Source: an uncultured virus (IMG/VR IMGVR_UViG_3300033066_001354) (lineage: Duplodnaviria > Heunggongvirae > Uroviricota > Caudoviricetes). From it: a stretch of 64,000 nt of DNA. The position numbers and the translations under genes were made by a program. The stretch lies in the IMG/VR virus record IMGVR_UViG_3300033066_001354; one strand, given 5' to 3'. Shown in pieces: positions 20,698 through 28,874 of the stretch. A model generated the notes under the pieces. It ran no database searches. It was not told the origin of the DNA and worked only from the letters and a program-made list of their open reading frames with translations. How positions within the stretch are numbered: the first letter of the stretch is position 1; each line of letters opens with the position of its first letter.

Positions 20698-21306
20698 ATG
20701 AGCATAGAGAGATTTAACTTCAAAGCAAAGCCTGGTGAGCCTGGTTTTAAGAAAGTCGAAAAAAACAAATACGGTCACACCGTACTTCATTCTGACGACA
20801 AGCGCGAGTCTAGTTTAGACGATAAAGTCGTGCTTACTTTCGACCCAGAAACAGGCTCACCAAGAGCAGACCTCAGTATTTGGGACACCCAAGAGATGAA
20901 AGACTTGGCACTAAAGCTCAATATGCCTTTGGACTCTAACAACGAGTCATCGACTGAAGAAGAAACCCAATCAACACAGATGATAACTGAAAAGGACATG
21001 GACGATTTGCTTCAAAACATTAAGGACGAAATGCCCAACGATGTCAAGTCAGCCTTTGCCGAAGAGCCCCAAGACAGTCGTGTCCGAAAAGTTGTTGTGA
21101 GCACCAATGACGACCCCGACGCAGACTTAGACTTCGAGACCAAAAAGTGCGCCGACGACTCATGTGGGACAGTATTACCGTTGGATGCCAAATTCTGCTC
21201 TCATTGTGGCAAATTGCAGACTGTGAACTCGTATTGTATCGAGTGTGGCAGAAAGTATCACGACAGGGAAAAATTCTGTCCAGACTGCGGTTGCGCACGC
21301 CAATAG
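20698..21306 (+). CDS. Double zinc ribbon protein
   Basis: C-terminal C..C, FCSHCG, YCIECG, FCPDCG; ends in TAG. Confidence 0.75.
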   Translation: MSIERFNFKAKPGEPGFKKVEKNKYGHTVLHSDDKRESSLDDKVVLTFDPETGSPRADLSIWDTQEMKDLALKLNMPLDSNNESSTEEETQSTQMITEKDMDDLLQNIKDEMPNDVKSAFAEEPQDSRVRKVVVSTNDDPDADLDFETKKCADDSCGTVLPLDAKFCSHCGKLQTVNSYCIECGRKYHDREKFCPDCGCARQ

Positions 21307-21329
21307 GACAAAGCACTCAGTTTGCAGAA
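21305..21329 (+). promoter_or_regulatory. Putative late promoter AGG-N19-GAA
   Basis: AGG ACAAAGCACTCAGTTTGCA GAA. Confidence 0.6.
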
Positions 21330-21342
21330 TGCAAACAATAGA

Positions 21343-22077
21343 ATGTCTTGGTACAAGCACAACATCACACGCACCTCTTTGCGCAAACACATGTTGCGCG
21401 TGGACTTGCGCGTATATCCAGGTGACATGTCACAAATGGCGAATCCGAACGATATAAATTCGGCGCTTAAATCCATGTTGACATCAGCTATTATTAAAGG
21501 ATTGGACATAGTTGGCATCGTGGCTCCAAACACACCACAAACCGGATGGATTGCCACAAGCATTGCTAAAGAGTCTGGACTTGACATTTATGTGGCTCCT
21601 GGCGAAGACTATTTGTGCGCAGACAAGTTTCACCTCGTCGTGTACAATTTAAAAGAACCAATGCACCTAAACCTTACAGTGGACAAGGCGATTAAATTCG
21701 CCCACGACAGAGGGGGATGGGTGATGGCCATAGACGTGACCAAGAGACAAGCACAGCACCTGAACAAGTTAAAAGACACTATTCAGGCTCCTGATGCCAT
21801 TGAGATTTATAACGACGTTTCGGGAGGCTATATGGATGTCAACGTTGAATATCCAAGGTTTGTCTCGTCAGCCTCAACATCTCCCAATGAGTTAGAAAAG
21901 AGCAAAACCTATACTTTGATTCACAGGACTGAAATGGAAAGCATGGGGTTGTTGCCTGAAGGCGAAGGTTCGGAGTATATTCCGCAGTATTTGCAGAAAG
22001 AAGAGCAAGAACAACAGCGTGAAGAACAGAACGCTGTGAACAACCAACAACAAGGGGCACAATTAAATGGCGCGTAA
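21343..22077 (+). CDS. Degenerate PHP-domain protein with MSWYK leader
   Basis: RVDLRVY, KGLDIVGI, PGED, DAIEIYN follow the PHP layout, but most metal-binding His/Asp are replaced. Confidence 0.6.
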   Translation: MSWYKHNITRTSLRKHMLRVDLRVYPGDMSQMANPNDINSALKSMLTSAIIKGLDIVGIVAPNTPQTGWIATSIAKESGLDIYVAPGEDYLCADKFHLVVYNLKEPMHLNLTVDKAIKFAHDRGGWVMAIDVTKRQAQHLNKLKDTIQAPDAIEIYNDVSGGYMDVNVEYPRFVSSASTSPNELEKSKTYTLIHRTEMESMGLLPEGEGSEYIPQYLQKEEQEQQREEQNAVNNQQQGAQLNGA

Positions 22078-22555
22078 TTACTGTGACGAAGCTTCGGTGA
22101 AACAATATCTGCCAGACGGCGTGGTGACAGAGGGCTCAAACCCTACACCCGACCCAATGAACCCGTCGCCTGAAACTTTGACCAATGTCGATGTAGATTT
22201 TTTCATACAACAAGCTTGTTCACACATTGATGGCGCTCTAGCCACTCAATATGACGTGCCGTTAGTAAAAACCAACCAAGGCGGGGATGTTGGCTATCCG
22301 CCACCGATTCCATCTATAGCTGCTTTATTAGCGTCCCAAATGATTTGGGAGCAAAGGTTGCAAGGTGCAGACAGGCAGCGTAGCGACTCACAAAAAGAAC
22401 GAGAAGCTTGGGCGCACGCCGAACTTGCCAGAATACAAAACGGAGAAAGACTGTTGCTTGGGCAAGTAAATCTTCGTGCCAACCGTTTTGTTCGGAACAC
22501 TCTGATGAATGTTCCGCGAAACCCCGCCAGTGGCGGGAAGTCTGACACCAAGTAA
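22067..22555 (+). CDS. Mu gp36/DUF1320-like head-tail adaptor
   Basis: YC...V; I..A...IDG.L..QY.VPL; L..IQNG pattern. Confidence 0.7.
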   Translation: MARNYCDEASVKQYLPDGVVTEGSNPTPDPMNPSPETLTNVDVDFFIQQACSHIDGALATQYDVPLVKTNQGGDVGYPPPIPSIAALLASQMIWEQRLQGADRQRSDSQKEREAWAHAELARIQNGERLLLGQVNLRANRFVRNTLMNVPRNPASGGKSDTK

Positions 22556-22558
22556 TCA

Positions 22559-22583
22559 AGGACAATCAAGCTGTCTGCACGAA
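22559..22583 (+). promoter_or_regulatory. Putative late promoter AGG-N19-GAA
   Basis: AGG ACAATCAAGCTGTCTGCAC GAA. Confidence 0.6.
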
Positions 22584-22597
22584 ATTGACAGACAGGC

Positions 22598-23377
22598 ATG
22601 CTTGAACAAGTTTATGATACAATAAGGGGTATATTGTTCTATGAACTCCCGAAGAACACTGACGGAAAGACTGTGGTTTACGACCGAGTAATTGAACAAT
22701 ATCTTTTTGGCGACCAAGAAACCATCCCAAGCGTACCGTCAATTGTCATATTTGGTTCCACCAGCAAGCCGCAAAGATATGCTCATAACATTAACAAACT
22801 TACACACACCGTAACTATCCAAGCTTGGAACCAAAGCGACAAAAAGGAAATCGCTGAAAGAATCAGCCAAGAAATGGCGCGAGAAATCTTTGAAGCATTG
22901 TTGCCACACAAAAGAATCTGGGTGTTAGTGAAATGCCCCATATGTAACAAAAAGGTCATGTCACCATTGCACTTTACATCGGCGCACGCAGCTTTGTTCG
23001 CACCATATGTAACGATAGTCGAGACCAATCTTACAAACACATGGCTTGAAACGCACACCACCGATGACCCTGTGCCTACTTTTATAGATTCTGGAATAGC
23101 CCGGGCTGCTTATGACTTGCTTGATGATGATGTCAGGAACAACGTGGTTGTCTCAGGATTGAGCAATGATGCCAAAAACCGTATTTTGTCTTATCAAAGT
23201 AAAAAAAGACGCGCTGTCCGATTGCTGTACAATGTGGAAATGACAGACATTAAACCGAGCGATGATGGCAAAGGTAAAGAAATTATGCACAGTGCTCAGT
23301 TTACTGTTTCGCTAGAAGAGTTGGTAAAACAACCAGCTTACGGGCCTGACAATGTTCCAACAGACGCTTGGGATTAA
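22598..23377 (+). CDS. Probable tail completion/terminator protein with a Zn-finger insertion
   Basis: P.I.I / V.IQ.W pattern; follows the adaptor; CPIC..H..H insertion. Confidence 0.45.
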   Translation: MLEQVYDTIRGILFYELPKNTDGKTVVYDRVIEQYLFGDQETIPSVPSIVIFGSTSKPQRYAHNINKLTHTVTIQAWNQSDKKEIAERISQEMAREIFEALLPHKRIWVLVKCPICNKKVMSPLHFTSAHAALFAPYVTIVETNLTNTWLETHTTDDPVPTFIDSGIARAAYDLLDDDVRNNVVVSGLSNDAKNRILSYQSKKRRAVRLLYNVEMTDIKPSDDGKGKEIMHSAQFTVSLEELVKQPAYGPDNVPTDAWD

Positions 23378-23380
23378 CAC

Positions 23381-26300
23381 ATGACACATATCGACAGGAA
23401 ACAACTTAAGTTTCTTACCGAGTCGCTTGGTAGAGCTTGGGGAGCAATAAACAAGTCTGTTGGGGACACAAGCCGCAATCCTGGCGCTTTGCTGCGGCTG
23501 GAACGCGCACTCTGTCGGCTCAAGGGTTCATTAAGATTTCACGACTTTGATTATGCTTTACCCAGTACAAGTTTGCTTAAGTACAATGCTTTAGACCGAG
23601 TAGAGTATGGCATTCAGGGTGGAGAATTTATTGCCGACAACACAAAAACACAGTCTGCTTTTCCAGAACATACCTCTGGAAACTGGAACCCAGGTTTTGA
23701 CGGCCCTCCCTGTCCTGAAGGTTGGGGGGTTTGGGACTACAACCAATGGAAGGGTTATCCACGGTCAAGACCGTCGAACAACAACGAAAACGCCGAGCCA
23801 GACTATTCGCTTCGCCTTGCAGTATCGACTCCTTGTAGATATCGCGTCGGTACCGGGACATATCAACAAGTGGCTTATTGGCAAAATGCTAGATGGATTT
23901 CCATTAAAAACACGACGGGCGTCACATCTCCAAACAACAGATTTAAAATTACTTTGACTCGTGAAGATTTAGAGGGGGTTTTGGTCACTAACGCGACCAA
24001 TGACTCTCCAAGAGATTTAAGGTTTGCCTCGCACGCCAATTTACACCAAACGGGTACAGACGTGAGCGGTGTTGTGACATGGGGAACAATCACACAGCCT
24101 CCAGTCAGCGATGATGTGAACGGTATTTTGAACCCAGTCATATATTCAATCACGCGCAACCCCGACGTGTACACTAGTTGGGACATCACGTTCAGCCGCC
24201 CATCATACTTGACCGGATGGGCCAACAACGAATGGTGGCATATTGTCATGTACTGGGGGTCAAAGGACACATTTACACTTACAACATCTGCCAGCCCGCC
24301 TGATGTCAACCCTATTATTGCAGTCACTGACGACCATCAAATACGCTGGGAGAAAAAAAGCTATTTTCGCAATGAGATAACAGACAGGCTTACATGGTCA
24401 AGTCTGGCTGTCAATGACAAAGCCGACCCTTCTACTTCAAACCTTCATCTTATTGACAAACACAGAACTCACTTTCAGTTTATAGATGGACAATTTAGCG
24501 ACCCGACAGCACCAGCCGCCTACCACTTGTTGCACGATTGGCCTGAGTCTGAGGTACATGGTTTAACGAACAGCATTGTTGGCTATCTGCTTGACATCGA
24601 GCCGGGAGAAGCTGTTCCGGTATTGTATTTGACCAAAAACCGTGGTACAGAATTTGACTACCCCCAGTCAGACCCCATAGTTTTAGTAGGTGCGCCCGTA
24701 TCGCCAGAGGACTATCCAGACGATTGGGACAGGTTCTCTTACTGGCCAGACACCCCACAGGACTACACTCTAATCGGTAGGGTGGTGTACAAAAGAGCGC
24801 CCGGAACGATTTACAGGACTGTAGAAGGCAGTGACGGTGACTTGGTGCTTGCCACTAAAGTCTTTAGCTTTGAAGGCGGTATAAACGACAGTAATTTGCA
24901 TCAAAATTTCTCTATCTTGTACCAAGACCAACCAGCGGTGACGTTTGCCCATCCTCCGTACAACGATGTGCAAATGACGCTGACATTACTGGAATCTCTT
25001 GCTAACGCCGTTCAACAATACAGGAACCTTAATGCCACCAACCCTGTTTTAAACGCCGCTTTCAATATTGTCGTCCCAGGTTCAAGAACGCCTAGCAGCC
25101 TTGCCGCCTCGCGCCTTATATTGGCAAACCCTGACGGGACTGCCTCACAAACTTTTAGAGGGCTGTTGAAAAAACCGCACAGTCCTTTGTTAAAACCAGC
25201 GGCAGACGAAAAACCAGAAGCTTTACAATTCAGTGCAGACGCACGCGGTATGTTAGAAGAGCTTGCTGGCTTGCCGCCCTCAACAGAAGTGATGCGTTTT
25301 GATTCAGACAAGTTATACTTAACGAACAACAGGTTCAACTTACCTACTAAGTTTGAAATTTTTCAAGAGCCGTCCGATTCTTGCAGCGTGATTGACGTTG
25401 CTTCTGCGGGCGTGAAAATTGGATATGACTACCGATTAAGGCTTTTATTGGAGGACTCAGAAGAAAACACGTTCCAAAAAGATTGGGACATTATGGCTTC
25501 TAAGTATTTCTTGACAGACAAAGAATATGCGGACAGGGTGAGTCATGGACAAACTACGATTGGATATTACAAGCGTGGTACTGACGAAGAACGAGCAGCC
25601 AGGGCGAAGGGCACACTGGAAACGATAGACGACTGGCGTTTAAACGGGTACGCAGGAATCGTTCCAGACTTGGCAATGGGTGATTATCGAACACTGTACA
25701 CAAAAGTGGTGGCACCAGAGGACTCAACAAAAACTACTGAAGAACAGTTCAGAAAAAACCTTGAGAACCAGGGATATACGCAAGAACAAATTGACGAAGC
25801 CGTACAAGCCTACTTAGATTCTGGAGGAGAGTTTTACACCGCCGATTTGCGCCAGTATCCCAATGATTTTGTGGCGCTTCGAAGTGCTGCGCTTTCCGTT
25901 GCTGAATATAGTTTCGCCATAGTGCCTTATTGGAAGAACAACATTAATCCATATTTCGGTTTGGCCCAAGTGATTGGCGAAGACGCTATGCCTTCACTTA
26001 CAAGTCTTCGTGCAGATTCTTTCACTATCGCCCCCTCAAACTTAGCACCTGGTGACCTTGAAAATTTTGGCACACAGTCGCAACTTCCGTCCGACTCGGC
26101 GCTCAATTCATCTTCGCATACTGGTAAAGAAAAGATGTTCTTTGAGAAATCGCTCGGCTTTTATCTACTCACTACAGACAGCAGTGGAATCGGAGAATTT
26201 TCGTTCAAGGCTAAAGGGGTGTTCGACTTTGCAAACACGACAGGTGCTTTCACCAACTCCAACAATGAACAACTTAAGGTCTCTTTGTACTCCAACGAGA

Positions 26301-28003
26301 CTAATGATGATGGAAACGACATTCCGGGAGAAGTCATTGTTGTGGGAGGAACGATAAATTATGGTGAGTTGACCGAAAACTATCAAGAATTCAGGTTCAA
26401 TCTTTATGCTTCTTTGTCTTCTGGCACAAAGTATTGGGTGGTTGTGGAAAAAAGCGCACCCACTGAAGGCGGTGTCATTGTCATTGACAGTGACAATGCC
26501 GCGAACCCCACTGACGGCGGAATTGCCTATTTATGGGGCTCAACCTTTTGGGACACTCCTAGCGCTGATGTTTGGAGAACCGGAAGCGGCGGTGCATGGA
26601 TTAAATGCTACGACAATGTTTCACCCATAGACGGTACATTGTTGATTGACCATAGTTCTGGGTCTTACTCTGGTATCGAAGAGCCGTTTTTAGCCAAATC
26701 GCAAGCCATATACCTACCCTCAGCAGCACTGGGGTCAAGCATCCGTTCTTTCATCGTGAGAATGAAATTCATACCTGACTCTACAAATCAATCAGGTGTG
26801 CCATTCAATACAGCAGACGACAAAATAACCGCTTTCATTTACAGTGATGCTGGCGGGGGTGTCCCAGTCGTGTTACAGTCCGTCGATGGGACTTTTGTGC
26901 GAATCAACACTTTAACGTCTTCTTGGGAGGAATTCACTTTTGCTATTGACGCCTTGTCGCTTGGCAACAACTATTGGATTGTTCTTACAAAGAACGCCCA
27001 GCCGCTCGGCGGTACCATAGTCTTGGACAAAGGTGACAGCCCAAACCACATAGCTAAGTTGAACAATGACGACACATGGCAAATCGACTCAGGAACAGCA
27101 TGGTTCAAATTCTATCAATCCAGCAAATTCGTTCTAGGTGCCTTTAACCGTTCCAGCTTCGATGTGTTGCAATACCTTCCCGGGCCGAACATTGCCAGAG
27201 AAGCGGCTCCTTCGTACAAAGTGGACGGTTATTGGGCTTTTACTTGCGACAAAATGCCAGTGTCTGGGCCAATTTCGATATATCCCAGGGCTGTTTATGA
27301 TGGTAGTTGGTCTTATGTGCGTCGAAGTAAAGACATTTATGTTTGTGTAAGGTATGAAATTGGCGGCACAGTTTATGATTACACCACAAAACTACCAGCG
27401 GCCCAAGGATGGCGAAACCTATGGTGGAAACGCAATTCTGGAAGTTACAAATTTGTCGATGTCAACACACAGCCTGACGTGGACATTATGACGGACAGTA
27501 TCAACTATACTGACTACGACTTTTCAGGAGACCAATTAACCTATTTCAACGGCAGGTTTGAAGGTACAGTACACGCCTTAGAAAATGGGGCACACCAAAT
27601 CAGAGTCACATTTAATGATGGCGTCAGACTTTACTTCAATGGAGAGCTTTTGATTGATTCATGGCCAACTTCAGACCCGGCTTCACAGCAAACCATGACA
27701 GTGATGACGCCCACACTCTCGAACGCTTCAGATGTTTTTTATTCCGTTGTGATTGAACACTATTACGGCGCTCCATACGACGGACTGGATAATCAAAAAC
27801 TACACGTCGAATGGGCACCGCCATCAAACCTTGTGGCTTATGTAGACATGGGTGCCACAGATGTCGCGCCAGCACCAGTACAAATCACGCCCGACAACGC
27901 AGACCGTATTGTATTTTTGTCAGTCGGTAGGACAGCCGATAAATTTGACACGTCAACCCACGGTTCGCCACCTGGCGACATTCTTGTATTAAGGAGCATA
28001 TAA
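23381..28003 (+). CDS. Large tail/baseplate protein with a C-terminal PA14 domain
   Basis: 1540 aa; FNGRFEG...NDGVRLYFNGELLIDSW...IEHY...LHVEW (PA14); two YW[IV]V modules. Confidence 0.65.
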   Translation: MTHIDRKQLKFLTESLGRAWGAINKSVGDTSRNPGALLRLERALCRLKGSLRFHDFDYALPSTSLLKYNALDRVEYGIQGGEFIADNTKTQSAFPEHTSGNWNPGFDGPPCPEGWGVWDYNQWKGYPRSRPSNNNENAEPDYSLRLAVSTPCRYRVGTGTYQQVAYWQNARWISIKNTTGVTSPNNRFKITLTREDLEGVLVTNATNDSPRDLRFASHANLHQTGTDVSGVVTWGTITQPPVSDDVNGILNPVIYSITRNPDVYTSWDITFSRPSYLTGWANNEWWHIVMYWGSKDTFTLTTSASPPDVNPIIAVTDDHQIRWEKKSYFRNEITDRLTWSSLAVNDKADPSTSNLHLIDKHRTHFQFIDGQFSDPTAPAAYHLLHDWPESEVHGLTNSIVGYLLDIEPGEAVPVLYLTKNRGTEFDYPQSDPIVLVGAPVSPEDYPDDWDRFSYWPDTPQDYTLIGRVVYKRAPGTIYRTVEGSDGDLVLATKVFSFEGGINDSNLHQNFSILYQDQPAVTFAHPPYNDVQMTLTLLESLANAVQQYRNLNATNPVLNAAFNIVVPGSRTPSSLAASRLILANPDGTASQTFRGLLKKPHSPLLKPAADEKPEALQFSADARGMLEELAGLPPSTEVMRFDSDKLYLTNNRFNLPTKFEIFQEPSDSCSVIDVASAGVKIGYDYRLRLLLEDSEENTFQKDWDIMASKYFLTDKEYADRVSHGQTTIGYYKRGTDEERAARAKGTLETIDDWRLNGYAGIVPDLAMGDYRTLYTKVVAPEDSTKTTEEQFRKNLENQGYTQEQIDEAVQAYLDSGGEFYTADLRQYPNDFVALRSAALSVAEYSFAIVPYWKNNINPYFGLAQVIGEDAMPSLTSLRADSFTIAPSNLAPGDLENFGTQSQLPSDSALNSSSHTGKEKMFFEKSLGFYLLTTDSSGIGEFSFKAKGVFDFANTTGAFTNSNNEQLKVSLYSNETNDDGNDIPGEVIVVGGTINYGELTENYQEFRFNLYASLSSGTKYWVVVEKSAPTEGGVIVIDSDNAANPTDGGIAYLWGSTFWDTPSADVWRTGSGGAWIKCYDNVSPIDGTLLIDHSSGSYSGIEEPFLAKSQAIYLPSAALGSSIRSFIVRMKFIPDSTNQSGVPFNTADDKITAFIYSDAGGGVPVVLQSVDGTFVRINTLTSSWEEFTFAIDALSLGNNYWIVLTKNAQPLGGTIVLDKGDSPNHIAKLNNDDTWQIDSGTAWFKFYQSSKFVLGAFNRSSFDVLQYLPGPNIAREAAPSYKVDGYWAFTCDKMPVSGPISIYPRAVYDGSWSYVRRSKDIYVCVRYEIGGTVYDYTTKLPAAQGWRNLWWKRNSGSYKFVDVNTQPDVDIMTDSINYTDYDFSGDQLTYFNGRFEGTVHALENGAHQIRVTFNDGVRLYFNGELLIDSWPTSDPASQQTMTVMTPTLSNASDVFYSVVIEHYYGAPYDGLDNQKLHVEWAPPSNLVAYVDMGATDVAPAPVQITPDNADRIVFLSVGRTADKFDTSTHGSPPGDILVLRSI

Positions 28004-28004
28004 C

Positions 28005-28874
28005 GTGGTACCGAACAAAAACACAGCAAATGTATTAGACTCGTTGATAAGAGGCAGGGACTTAATCTTTGCCTCCGGCGACAGGTCTTACTCTTTGGAA
28101 GAGTTTGCTATGGGAATCAACCTTGAGATACGTGATTTGGACTTGTGTTGGGGCTATGCAGCGATAGAACCAAAGTTGCCAACCAATTTTGACAAAGAGG
28201 CTGTAATAAGTATAGGAGTGGCGAGACAGACGGATTTACTAGCGGAAATGCCGACAGAAGAATTCGGATTATCACTTTCCGATTTGATGGATGTAGGTGG
28301 TGCTGAAGTGTTGCAAAACGTTTATGCGTTCGGAAGCATTTTTTTAAAGTCAAACCTGGCACCTCCAGCAACCCCAAGTGTCATACCTTTCTTGTTGAGA
28401 GGTGGAGATGATGGCACAGGCAGGCGTTTGTTGATACACAAAGACATTACTGTTGATGAGGCTATTGCTGCAATGACAAACGGTGATGTTCCACCAGTAA
28501 CTCCGCCAGACGGCAATGTGCTAGAAATTTTCCGTTTTGTCATGGATATCACATATTTTGATTCTTCCAATAATTACAAAAACCGTATAGACACCCATAT
28601 AATCGACATGCGAAAACCAAGAGGCTGGGGAGGTTTTGCCGAAGAAAACATGGGAGTCGTGTTGACACCGGCCTCTATCGTTAACTATGACAACAATGTG
28701 GCTGGCGTAGACATATCCGAAAAAGCTGTAAAAGACTTAGTGGACACCTGGGTTCATTTGACCACATGGGAGCCCGACTTTCTACAGTTTTGGAAAAAGT
28801 CAGGCGGCAATGTCATGCCACCAAGGTTGGAAGGATACATTAAAGACGTTTTAGGGATAACACTACTACCATAA
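28005..28874 (+). CDS. Tail-module hypothetical protein
   Basis: 289 aa, coupled to its neighbours. Confidence 0.65.
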   Translation: MVPNKNTANVLDSLIRGRDLIFASGDRSYSLEEFAMGINLEIRDLDLCWGYAAIEPKLPTNFDKEAVISIGVARQTDLLAEMPTEEFGLSLSDLMDVGGAEVLQNVYAFGSIFLKSNLAPPATPSVIPFLLRGGDDGTGRRLLIHKDITVDEAIAAMTNGDVPPVTPPDGNVLEIFRFVMDITYFDSSNNYKNRIDTHIIDMRKPRGWGGFAEENMGVVLTPASIVNYDNNVAGVDISEKAVKDLVDTWVHLTTWEPDFLQFWKKSGGNVMPPRLEGYIKDVLGITLLP

